Of a DNA stretch of 27,178 nucleotides, positions 16,851 through 24,522 are shown piece after piece. The stretch's first letter is position 1. Every line of letters begins with the position of its first letter. This DNA comes from Elusimicrobiota bacterium (GTDB taxonomy: Bacteria; Elusimicrobiota; Endomicrobiia; Endomicrobiales; JBDRNC01): contig JBDRNC010000006.1 in NCBI GenBank assembly GCA_043811535.1, positions 1 to 27,178 of the forward strand, read 5' to 3'. The translations under genes and the position numbers were made by a program. The notes beneath the pieces are model-generated. The model was not told where the DNA came from, did no database searches, and saw nothing but the letters and a program-made list of their open reading frames with translations.

Positions 16851-17777
16851 ATGAGAAAAGACCTTATTTCTATTTTTAACCTATCTTCAAAAGAGATCTG
16901 GGACCTGATTGTAACGGCGCGCAGATTGAAATCCGGCAAGAGTTTCCGGCCCGTTCTTACCGGAAAGAGCCTCGGCCTGATATTTGAAAAACCTTCAACG
17001 CGGACGACGGTTTCGTTCGCGGTCGCGATGTATCAGCTGGGCGGCTTCCCGCTCGTGCTGGACGCGAGAAATCTCCAAAGGAAACGGGGCGAAACAATAC
17101 CCGATACCGTCAGAACGCTTTCGCGCTACCTTGACGCCATAATGATACGCGCGTTCAGCCACCGTGACGTGGAAGAGTTCGCCGAGTGGGCGACTGTCCC
17201 CGTTATAAACGGGCTTACCGACACGGAGCATCCCTGCCAGATACTCGGAGACCTGCTGACCATATGCGAAAAGAAAAGGATTTCCACGCTCTCAAGACTC
17301 AAGAATATCAAAGTGGCGTTCATCGGCGACGGCAATAACATGGCCAATTCATGGATAGCCGCCGCGGGAACGCTCGGATTTACGTTCGTGCTCGGCAGGC
17401 CCAAGGGTTACGGGCCGAACCTGAGAATACTGGAAAAGGCCTGCAAGCTTGGCCGGTCCAGCGGCGGAAGGATCACCGTTACGCATAATCCCGAAGAAGC
17501 CGTTAAAGACGCGGACGTCATCTATACGGACGTGTGGATCTCCATGGGGGAGGAAGCGGAACGCGCGAAAAGAATGAGGGCGTTCAAGAGATTCCAGGTG
17601 AATGCGCACCTTCTCAGGAAAGCAAAACGGAAATGCCTTGTAATGCACTGCCTGCCTGCCAACCGCGGCGAAGAAATCACGTCCGACGTGATCGAAGGCC
17701 CGCAATCCATAATTTTCGACCAGGCCGAAAACAGGCTTCACATACAGAAAGCGATCCTGCTCAAGCTGTTAAAGTGA
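16851..17777 (+). CDS. argF: Ornithine carbamoyltransferase
   Basis: STRT, HPCQ, DVWISMG and HCLP motifs. Confidence 0.97.
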   Translation: MRKDLISIFNLSSKEIWDLIVTARRLKSGKSFRPVLTGKSLGLIFEKPSTRTTVSFAVAMYQLGGFPLVLDARNLQRKRGETIPDTVRTLSRYLDAIMIRAFSHRDVEEFAEWATVPVINGLTDTEHPCQILGDLLTICEKKRISTLSRLKNIKVAFIGDGNNMANSWIAAAGTLGFTFVLGRPKGYGPNLRILEKACKLGRSSGGRITVTHNPEEAVKDADVIYTDVWISMGEEAERAKRMRAFKRFQVNAHLLRKAKRKCLVMHCLPANRGEEITSDVIEGPQSIIFDQAENRLHIQKAILLKLLK

Positions 17778-17787
17778 CCGCCGTAAA

Positions 17788-17822
17788 ACAATTAGCAATT
17801 AGCAATTAACAATCAGCAATTG
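17788..17822. repeat. Heptamer array (RCAATTA x5)
   Basis: acaatta gcaatta gcaatta acaatca gcaattg. Confidence 0.8.
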
Positions 17823-17848
17823 GCCGTTATCTAATCCCCGCTACTCCA

Positions 17849-18373
17849 ATGCTAAGAGAATATGAAGGACACAAACCCAGGATACACCCCTCCGCATATA
17901 TCTCCAATAACGCTATTGTAATAGGGAAGGTAATCATCGGCGCGGGCGCCTCGGTCTGGCCCGCATGCGTTATCCGGGGCGATGTTGAAGAAATTCTCAT
18001 CGGCGAAAACACCAACATACAGGACGGCACCATAATACACACCAATTACGATCTTCCCGCGATCATAGGCAACGGGTGCACGGTGGGACACCGGGCTGTC
18101 CTGCACGGCTGCAGGATAGGGAACGGCTGTCTTATAGGCATGGGCGCGGTCATACTGGACGGCGCGTCCGTAGGCGACGGGTGCATAATCGGCGCGGGAA
18201 GCCTTGTGACCGAGAACAGCGTCATTCCGGAAGGAAGCCTCGTGCTCGGCGTTCCCGGAAAAGTGGCAAGGCAGGTCACTCCCGAAGAAAAAGAAAAAAC
18301 CGCGAAGAATACCCGCGAATACCTGGTATTTGCCGGGCTGCATAAGAGCGAAGAGGACAAAACGAAACCTTGA
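17849..18373 (+). CDS. Gamma carbonic anhydrase family protein (YrdA/CaiE-like)
   Basis: Hexapeptide repeats, IRGD, NIQDGTIIH and VGHRAVLHG. Confidence 0.92.
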   Translation: MLREYEGHKPRIHPSAYISNNAIVIGKVIIGAGASVWPACVIRGDVEEILIGENTNIQDGTIIHTNYDLPAIIGNGCTVGHRAVLHGCRIGNGCLIGMGAVILDGASVGDGCIIGAGSLVTENSVIPEGSLVLGVPGKVARQVTPEEKEKTAKNTREYLVFAGLHKSEEDKTKP

Positions 18374-19086
18374 GATTATCGCCGGCCGCCGCATATAAAA
18401 TTCTTTATAAGACTTTCGGCCCCCAGGGCTGGTGGCCGGTCACGAAGAGGGGCAAGCTCTCCCCGGAATACGCCCCGGGCGATTATTCCGCGGGCTCAAA
18501 TAGGGAAAGATTTGAAATATGCGCCGGCGCGATACTGACCCAGAATACCGCCTGGAAAAATGTTGAGAAAGCGATATACAACCTTAATGAAGCGGGGATT
18601 CTGACGCCGGGCGGGATAAGGTCCGCCGGACAAAAAAGACTGGCCGCGTTAATAAGGCCTTCAGGATATTTCAACCAGAAAGCGGAGCGCCTCAGGAATT
18701 TCGCGGCTTATATCCGCGCAAGGCGCGGCGGAGATTTAAAAATATTTTTCTCGCGCCCGGCGGGGATTGTCCGCGAAGAACTGCTTTTGCTGAATGGCAT
18801 CGGGCCTGAAACCGCCGATTCCATGCTCCTATACGCCGGCGGAAAACCCGTTTTTGTGGTTGACGCCTATACCTGCAGGCTGGTTTTGAGGATGGGCTGG
18901 CTCAGAGACGCGGGTTATGACAAGGCGCAAAAGTTCTTTAAGGATAATCTTCCCGCCTCACCGAAGGTTTATAACGAATTCCACGCGCTGATAGTCGCGC
19001 TTGGCAAGGATTATTGCAGGAAAAAGCCACTGTGCGGGAGTTGCCCGCTGAGAGAAAAATGCGGCAAAAAGGGTGTCCGGCCATGA
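18370..19086 (+). CDS. Endonuclease III-related HhH-GPD glycosylase with a [4Fe-4S] cluster
   Basis: GAILTQNTAW, HhH GIGPETAD, VVDAY and Cx5Cx2Cx5C. TTGA overlap with the upstream gene. Confidence 0.9.
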   Translation: MRLSPAAAYKILYKTFGPQGWWPVTKRGKLSPEYAPGDYSAGSNRERFEICAGAILTQNTAWKNVEKAIYNLNEAGILTPGGIRSAGQKRLAALIRPSGYFNQKAERLRNFAAYIRARRGGDLKIFFSRPAGIVREELLLLNGIGPETADSMLLYAGGKPVFVVDAYTCRLVLRMGWLRDAGYDKAQKFFKDNLPASPKVYNEFHALIVALGKDYCRKKPLCGSCPLREKCGKKGVRP

Positions 19087-20219
19087 AAAAAACCGAAAAA
19101 ACCGAAAGAATGTCGTTTAAGATCGAGAACCTGCGCGAAGAGATTAACGAGCTCAGCGCTCTTCTGGATTCCATGCGGCTCATTAACTCCACGCTTGATT
19201 TCCATGTCCTTCTTGACTATCTGATGGACCTGGCGAAACAGGTGACCGATTCCGAGGCGGCCAGCGCGCTGCTCGTGGAAGGCGAGCACCTGTGCTTCGT
19301 GGCCGCGTCAGGCAAGAAAAGTTCCGAGATAAAGAAGGTTTACCTGGACAAGGAAGAAGGCATAGCCGGCTGGGTTGTCGGGCACGGCCAGCCGCTTGTC
19401 ATAGACGACGTGGAAAAAGACAAGCGGTTTTCGCACAAGGCGGACAAGTCGAGCGGTTTTATCACAAAGTCGGTCCTCGCCATCCCTTTGAAGATGGAAA
19501 ACAAGGTCATCGGCGTCGTGGAAGCGGTAAACAAGACGAAAAACAGGAAGTATAACAGGAACGATATTAGAATTCTCCAGTCCCTTGCCAACTCGGCCGC
19601 GGTCGCGATAAACAAGGCGCAGTTATACGCGGACCTTAAAGACTTGTTCATGTCTACGATAACGGCGTTCGCGAAAGCCATAGAAGCGAAGGACCCCTAC
19701 ACGCGGGGCCATTCGGAACGCGTGCGCGATATATCGGTGACTATCGCCAAGGAGATGGGGTTTTCCGAAAAAGAACTGAAGGAACTTGAGATAACCGCGC
19801 TTCTTCACGATGTAGGCAAGATAGGGGTGCCGGAAACCGTGCTCAGGAAAGAAGGGAAACTCGAAGAGAGCGAATACGCGGAGATGAAAAAGCACCCGGC
19901 TATCGGGGCGGAGATTCTTTCTTCCATCAAACAGCTTAATATGGCCATTCCGGGTATAAAGCATCACCAGGAGCACTATAACGGAAAGGGATATCCGGAC
20001 AAGCTTTCCGGGACAAATATACCGCTTTTTGCCAGGATTATCGCGGTGGCGGACACGTTTGACGCGATGACCTCGGACAGGCCCTACAGAAAACATCTTT
20101 CGGACCAGGAAGGCATAGCGGAGCTGAAAAGATGTTCGGGCATTCAGTTTGACGGCGACTGCGTCAGGGCATTTATAAGAAGCTACGAAAAAGGCAGGAT
20201 ACAAGGGATGAAACCTTAA
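19083..20219 (+). CDS. GAF plus HD-GYP cyclic-di-nucleotide phosphodiesterase
   Basis: GAF (GIAGWV, NK) followed by DPYTRGHS, HDVGK, HHQE, GKGYP, ADTFDAM and RPY. ATGA overlap. Confidence 0.93.
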   Translation: MKKTEKTERMSFKIENLREEINELSALLDSMRLINSTLDFHVLLDYLMDLAKQVTDSEAASALLVEGEHLCFVAASGKKSSEIKKVYLDKEEGIAGWVVGHGQPLVIDDVEKDKRFSHKADKSSGFITKSVLAIPLKMENKVIGVVEAVNKTKNRKYNRNDIRILQSLANSAAVAINKAQLYADLKDLFMSTITAFAKAIEAKDPYTRGHSERVRDISVTIAKEMGFSEKELKELEITALLHDVGKIGVPETVLRKEGKLEESEYAEMKKHPAIGAEILSSIKQLNMAIPGIKHHQEHYNGKGYPDKLSGTNIPLFARIIAVADTFDAMTSDRPYRKHLSDQEGIAELKRCSGIQFDGDCVRAFIRSYEKGRIQGMKP

Positions 20220-20224
20220 CTACC

Positions 20225-20333
20225 GGGACTCGTGGTTCGTATCTCGTATCTCGCAGACAAGTCTTTACGAACGACGAGACGACCAACATTAATTAAACTA
20301 AACTGAAGTCCCTTGTTCAGGGATACGAGTCCC
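20225..20333. repeat. TCTCGTA-type heptamer hairpin interrupted by a micro-element
   Basis: Left arm ggg actcgtg gttcgta tctcgta tctcgca; right arm tacgaac gacgaga [insert 20280-20323] tacgagt ccc. Confidence 0.75.
20280..20323 (+). mobile_element. Micro-element copy 1 (44 bp)
   Basis: CGACC-N20-GAAG-TCCCT-TGTTC-AGGGA. Confidence 0.7.
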
Positions 20334-20337
20334 GAGA

Positions 20338-20380
20338 CGACCAACATTAATGTAATTGAATTGAAGTACCCGACAGGGTA
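20338..20380 (+). mobile_element. Micro-element copy 2 (43 bp)
   Basis: CGACC-N20-GAAG-TACCC-GACA-GGGTA. Shares CGAGACGACCAACATTAAT with copy 1. Confidence 0.7.
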
Positions 20381-20392
20381 TACGGCATTTAT

Positions 20393-21391
20393 ATGATTGA
20401 AGCCAAATATTACGAAAAAAAGGATGGCGATACTGTCCAGTGCCGTCTGTGTCCTCACAACTGCGTCATTTCACCCGGCAAAACGGGTATCTGCAGGATA
20501 CGCAAAAACGACAAAGGGAAACTCTTCCCGCTCACCTATGACCAGGTCACCTCGCTGAACCTTGACCCCATAGAAAAGAAACCGCTCTATCACTTTTTCC
20601 CCGGCAGCGATATACTATCTGTCGGGACGCTCGGGTGCAGCTTCCGCTGTGACTTCTGCCAGAACTGGGAAATATCGCAGGCGGGCATCGGCGATATACC
20701 GACAAGGAAACTGACCTCCGAGATGGCGCTGAAGATGGCGAAAGAGAGTAAATCGGTGGGCATGGCGTACACTTACAACGAGCCGCTTGTAAATTTCGAA
20801 TGGCTTCTTGAGACAGCTAAGGTATTTTCGTGGGCAGAGCTCAAAAATGTCCTGGTGACCAACGGCTATATAAATCCCGAACCGCTTAAAGAACTTCTGC
20901 GCTATGTGGACGCGGCGAATATTGACGTCAAAGCATTCACGGAACAGTTCTATCAGAAGTTATGCGGCGCGAAACTAGAACCAGTTCTTCGAACCGTTGA
21001 AACGATGGTAAGAGAAGGGAAACACGTGGAACTGACCACATTGCTCATTCCCGGCGAGAATGATAATCCGGCCGAAATAGAAAAGCTTGTAGATTGGATA
21101 GCCTCGCTCAGCGACCGCATACCCCTTCACTTTTCAAGGTTCTTCCCGCAATACAAGTTGGAAGTGGTCCAGACACCGGTGAAAACTCTTTTATCCGCAT
21201 ACGAAATCGCGAAGAAGAAACTTAAATACGTGTATCTCGGCAATGTCATGGAGCAGGAACACGGGAATACCTACTGCCCATCCTGCGGCGAAACCGCGAT
21301 TGAAAGAGCGGGATATAGCGTCAAGTTCCGCGGCCCAAAGAAGAATGCCTGCCCGAAATGCGGAACGGAATGCGATATAGTTAGCGGATAG
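20393..21391 (+). CDS. amrS: AmmeMemoRadiSam system radical SAM enzyme
   Basis: CRLCPHNC, DPIEKKPLYHF, CSFRCDFCQNW, YTYNEP and a C-terminal CPSC..CPKC. Confidence 0.92.
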   Translation: MIEAKYYEKKDGDTVQCRLCPHNCVISPGKTGICRIRKNDKGKLFPLTYDQVTSLNLDPIEKKPLYHFFPGSDILSVGTLGCSFRCDFCQNWEISQAGIGDIPTRKLTSEMALKMAKESKSVGMAYTYNEPLVNFEWLLETAKVFSWAELKNVLVTNGYINPEPLKELLRYVDAANIDVKAFTEQFYQKLCGAKLEPVLRTVETMVREGKHVELTTLLIPGENDNPAEIEKLVDWIASLSDRIPLHFSRFFPQYKLEVVQTPVKTLLSAYEIAKKKLKYVYLGNVMEQEHGNTYCPSCGETAIERAGYSVKFRGPKKNACPKCGTECDIVSG

Positions 21392-21402
21392 CGTAGAGCG
21401 TA

Positions 21403-21486
21403 TCCCCTAAAGGGGACACCCTTTCGGGTGCTTCGATGAAGATAGATAGTTGAAGGTCGCTTCGATAAAAGTTAATTTGTTGGTCG
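21403..21486 (-). mobile_element. Nested double micro-element (copies 3 and 4)
   Basis: On the minus strand: CGACC-N18-GAAG-[CGACC-N20-GAAG-CACCCGAAAGGGTG]-TCCCCTTTAGGGGA. It interrupts a TAGCGTA heptamer array. Confidence 0.75.
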
Positions 21487-21521
21487 TAGTGGATAGGAAC
21501 TTCAAGTAAAGACGAAAATAC

Positions 21522-22355
21522 ATGAAAAATAATATTGAACTATTTGAAGATTTTATAATCAAATTAAAACTAAATTGTTTTGTCAAAAATAGTACTCCCG
21601 AGAATATAAAGAAGTATCATGGTAGAGTTGTTGGATTTTCCCGTTATATTAATTTGGTATCAAAGTTAAAAGATAAATATATAAAAAATAATAGGTTATC
21701 TAGGGGCGCATTTTTTAAGTTACACGCATGGCAGATTGTTCTTCATAAGGCGATTTTATCTCTTTGCGAGGAGGGTTGGGCGCAAACCTCAGGAATTCTA
21801 TCTAGAACAATGCTAGATACAATGGCAACTATGCTAGTAATTGGAGAGAAAGAACATGAATATAGGGCATTTAAGTATTATGCATTTGAAGACTTAAAAA
21901 TTATTAATAGTGGAAGCGTTTCGGATGATGAAAGAAGTAAAATAGAGGATAATTTAGAAATAACAATTAAAGAATTAACACCGGAAGATAGATCTAAAGT
22001 AAAAGACTATATTGAAGGAAAGAAATATGGAAATTATTGGTTTTGTCCGGATTATACTAATATTAATAGTGTATTTGATAAATTGACAGAAAAGGAAAGT
22101 GATTTGTATTTTAAATATCGCTTGTATTCCGGAGTGTCACATGGTTCGCATGTTGGGACAAATATTGGTTTGGATCAGCCCGATACAATTGGCATAGATC
22201 CACAGCCAAATAAAGAATCATCAAAAAGGGCAATTTATGACAGCTCAAGGTTGTTGCTTGAAACCTGTCTTATAAGAAATGAGTTCGAAAAACTCGGGCA
22301 AAGGGATGTATATTATTATCTGTTAGAAGAATATCTAAAATTCAAAGACAGTTGA
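21522..22355 (+). CDS. AT-rich HEPN-like protein (DUF5677-like)
   Basis: Helical protein with LSRTMLD and YRLYSGVSHG motifs. Base composition is far more AT-rich than the flanks. Confidence 0.6.
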   Translation: MKNNIELFEDFIIKLKLNCFVKNSTPENIKKYHGRVVGFSRYINLVSKLKDKYIKNNRLSRGAFFKLHAWQIVLHKAILSLCEEGWAQTSGILSRTMLDTMATMLVIGEKEHEYRAFKYYAFEDLKIINSGSVSDDERSKIEDNLEITIKELTPEDRSKVKDYIEGKKYGNYWFCPDYTNINSVFDKLTEKESDLYFKYRLYSGVSHGSHVGTNIGLDQPDTIGIDPQPNKESSKRAIYDSSRLLLETCLIRNEFEKLGQRDVYYYLLEEYLKFKDS

Positions 22356-22372
22356 AAATGTTTGCTGTACAA

Positions 22373-22402
22373 TAAACGCTATCCGCTAAACGCTACATGC
22401 TA
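22373..22402. repeat. Heptamer arm inverted relative to 21381-21402
   Basis: taaacgc tatccgc taaacgc tacatgc. 22376-22389 is the exact reverse complement of 21381-21394. Confidence 0.75.
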
Positions 22403-22519
22403 TTATATGGGGCGATTGGCGGCGAGCTGGCTACTGATTACTGCCAGCGCCTGGGAATAGGGAAAAAGTAATCGGAAATAAGGACGCAGGTCAAATAACT
22501 AAATAGGAATGAGTAAGTT

Positions 22520-22662
22520 GAGATTATTGAAATACCCCAATAATCTCTGATTACACTGATTTTTAAAAGTGATTACACAGATTAAATCCCGTCGGTGTTT
22601 CTGTGTAATCTGTTTTCTTAATCTGTGTAATCAAGACCGTTGAGTACTTTTTCAACGGTCTC
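22520..22662 (-). mobile_element. MITE copy 2 (143 bp)
   Basis: Inverted copy of 11040-11181, with AAGTT duplicated at 22515-22519 and 22663-22667. Confidence 0.88.
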
Positions 22663-22695
22663 AAGTTGGTAAAATATCGCAAACTGGGGGAACTT

Positions 22696-23526
22696 ATGGA
22701 AACGAAAATCGCAGTATTTCATGGCCAGAATGTCAGAAGGACTGTTCACAAAAATGAATGGTGGTTTTCCATTATTGATGTTATTGGAGTGCTTAGTGGA
22801 AGTGATCGGCCAAGAAAGTACTGGAGCGACTTAAAAAAGAAGTTGATAAATGAAGGATATATTGAAGTGTCCGATAAAATCGGACAGTTGAAAATGGCGG
22901 CGCCAGATGGCAAAATGAGGGAAACAGATTGCGCTAATACGGAAACGATGTTCCGTATAATCCAGTCTATCCCGTCCCCAAAAGCGGAGCCATTCAAGCG
23001 TTGGTTAGCAAAGGTCGGCTACGAACGGGTACAGGAAATTGAGAATCCCGAGCTTGCCATGCGGCGTATGCGCGTCTTGTATGAAAAGAAAGGATATCCC
23101 AAGAATTGGATTGATAAACGGGTTCGAGGCATTGCTGTTCGGCAGGATTTAACTAAGGAATGGGATGAACGCGGGGCTGAAACAGATATTGAGTATGCCA
23201 TTCTCACGAACGATATCATGGAAGGAGCTTTTGATATTAAGGCTGATGATTACAAGAAGATTAAAGGATTGAGCAGGGAAAACCTGCGCGATCACATGAA
23301 CGATATTGAGCTTATCCTGACAATGCTTGGCGAAGCGACAACGACAAAATTGACAAGAGACAGGGATACAAAAGGATTTCCGAATTTAAGAAAAGACGCG
23401 AAGGATGGCGGGTCTGTTGCCGGAAGAACGAGAAAAGATATTGAGCTGCAGTCAGGCAAACCGGTAATATCAAACGAAAACTATCTTGGGCTTGCCAGGA
23501 AGAAGCAGTTGAAAAAGGGAAGATAA
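22696..23526 (+). CDS. Bro-N domain DNA-binding protein (antirepressor-like)
   Basis: WWFSIIDVIGVL, RIIQSIPSPKAEPFKRWLA and NLRDHM. ATG 22696 follows GGGGGA. Confidence 0.88.
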   Translation: METKIAVFHGQNVRRTVHKNEWWFSIIDVIGVLSGSDRPRKYWSDLKKKLINEGYIEVSDKIGQLKMAAPDGKMRETDCANTETMFRIIQSIPSPKAEPFKRWLAKVGYERVQEIENPELAMRRMRVLYEKKGYPKNWIDKRVRGIAVRQDLTKEWDERGAETDIEYAILTNDIMEGAFDIKADDYKKIKGLSRENLRDHMNDIELILTMLGEATTTKLTRDRDTKGFPNLRKDAKDGGSVAGRTRKDIELQSGKPVISNENYLGLARKKQLKKGR

Positions 23527-23596
23527 CCTTGTCGAGCCTTAGTTCTTCCATCTGGGGACGGGCTAAGGAGAAGTGGTCGGAATCACCTTTATTCCA

Positions 23597-23638
23597 TACC
23601 CTGGCGGGTACTTCTATAAATAGTAATATTGAAGGTCG
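23597..23638 (-). mobile_element. Micro-element copy 5 (42 bp)
   Basis: On the minus strand: CGACC-N19-GAAG-TACCC-GCCA-GGGTA. Removing it restores the hairpin TTATTCCACC-TACGC-GGCGGGATAA. Confidence 0.7.
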
Positions 23639-23668
23639 CCTACGCGGCGGGATAATGGTTAAAAAGAT

Positions 23669-23812
23669 TTATTCCGCAGTTATATTCCGCACCTAAAACA
23701 TGCGGAATAAGTGCGGAATAAAGTGCGGGATATAATAGTATTGAAAATCCAATACGAAAATGACATATTCCGCACCCCTGCGGAATAAATATTCGCGGTT
23801 ATCCCGCACTTA
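23669..23812. repeat. Array of direct and inverted TATTCCGCA / TGCGGAATA units
   Basis: About nine copies of TATYCCGCA or its complement, forming nested palindromes. Confidence 0.75.
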
Positions 23813-23897
23813 TCCCGCAAAAGGGGACACCCTTTCGGGTGCTTTGATGAAGATAGATAGATGAAGGTCGCTTCGATAAAGGTTAATTTGTTGGTCG
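23813..23897 (-). mobile_element. Nested double micro-element (copies 6 and 7)
   Basis: 23820-23898 matches 21409-21487 at 76/79 positions, while the flanks differ. The inner foot reads AAAG. Confidence 0.75.
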
Positions 23898-24035
23898 TTT
23901 GCGGCATATAACCGCTCTAACACTTCGCAAGTGGAAACGGTTGGTCTTTTCTATACGCTACACGCTAATATCTGCGACAATCAGTACTTTTATCCGCTAA
24001 AATCTGCGGAAATCTGCGATGAAGAGGAGTGTCAA

Positions 24036-24144
24036 TCCGCCTGCGCTTGACATGTCATCAATAGACGCGGCTATTCGCCGCATTGATGACATAGCTTCGG
24101 TGGATTTCGCATAAGGCAATTTAGAATAACACTGGAGGTGCTCA
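24036..24144 (-). repeat. Family-2 element with long hairpin, supplying the RBS of the DUF4321 gene
   Basis: On the minus strand: TGAGCACC-N28-GAAA-hairpin (24104-24036). 24104-24133 matches 15311-15340 at 27/30 positions. Confidence 0.8.
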
Positions 24145-24408
24145 ATGACGAAAAATCCAATCTGGTTTGCAGGTGTGATAGTTGTGGGCGCTTTATTGGG
24201 TTCATTCTTAGGAAAGTTCGTTGGATTAGTGCTTCCAAACGGTTCGGTGAAGGATCTTTTTGCCACCGACTTGACCGCCGGGCTGTCGCCGGCGGTGCTT
24301 GACCTGCGCGTAATAGAACTTACCTTTGGATGTATGTTAAAATTTAATATTACTTCGCTGCTGGGCATACTTCTCGCCGCGTACCTGTTTCATAAGATAG
24401 CAAAATGA
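24145..24408 (+). CDS. DUF4321-like small membrane protein
   Basis: GALLGSFLG...LDLRVIELTFG..KFNITSLLG pattern, GGAGGT RBS, located upstream of maf. Confidence 0.75.
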   Translation: MTKNPIWFAGVIVVGALLGSFLGKFVGLVLPNGSVKDLFATDLTAGLSPAVLDLRVIELTFGCMLKFNITSLLGILLAAYLFHKIAK

Positions 24409-24512
24409 CAGTTAACAGTGAACAATTACCAATTAGCAATTAATGTTAACGGCCGTTTAGATAAGAGTCCTTGCCGTTCATTGATAACTGATAATTGGTA
24501 ATTGCTAATTGA
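24408..24512. repeat. Heptamer tandem-repeat hairpin (5 plus 5 units)
   Basis: acagtta acagtga acaatta ccaatta gcaatta ... tcattga taactga taattgg taattgc taattga. Confidence 0.85.
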
Positions 24513-24522
24513 AAGGAAGTAT

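Noticed and set aside
20275..20384. Mini-CRISPR (19-bp direct repeat, 58-bp period)
   Set aside because: There are only two units, the intervening sequences share the GAAG-hairpin structure, and no cas genes are present. Tandem micro-elements explain it better.
20279..21487. Composite transposon carrying amrS between inverted ACGACCAACA ends
   Set aside because: There is no TSD, amrS has host-like composition, and each flank is explained by an independent insertion into a heptamer array.
21470..22400. Integron cassette (GTTGGTC before the AT-rich gene)
   Set aside because: No RYYYAAC...GTTRRRY attC hairpin follows the gene and no integrase is present.
22398..22472. Small ORF MLLYGAIGGELATDYCQRLGIGKK
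   Set aside because: It has no RBS and no recognisable family. It may be a gene remnant, but that cannot be supported here.
23527..23580. Additional micro-element (minus-strand CGACC-N26-GAAG)
   Set aside because: The spacer is too long and GC-rich, and no hairpin directly follows GAAG.
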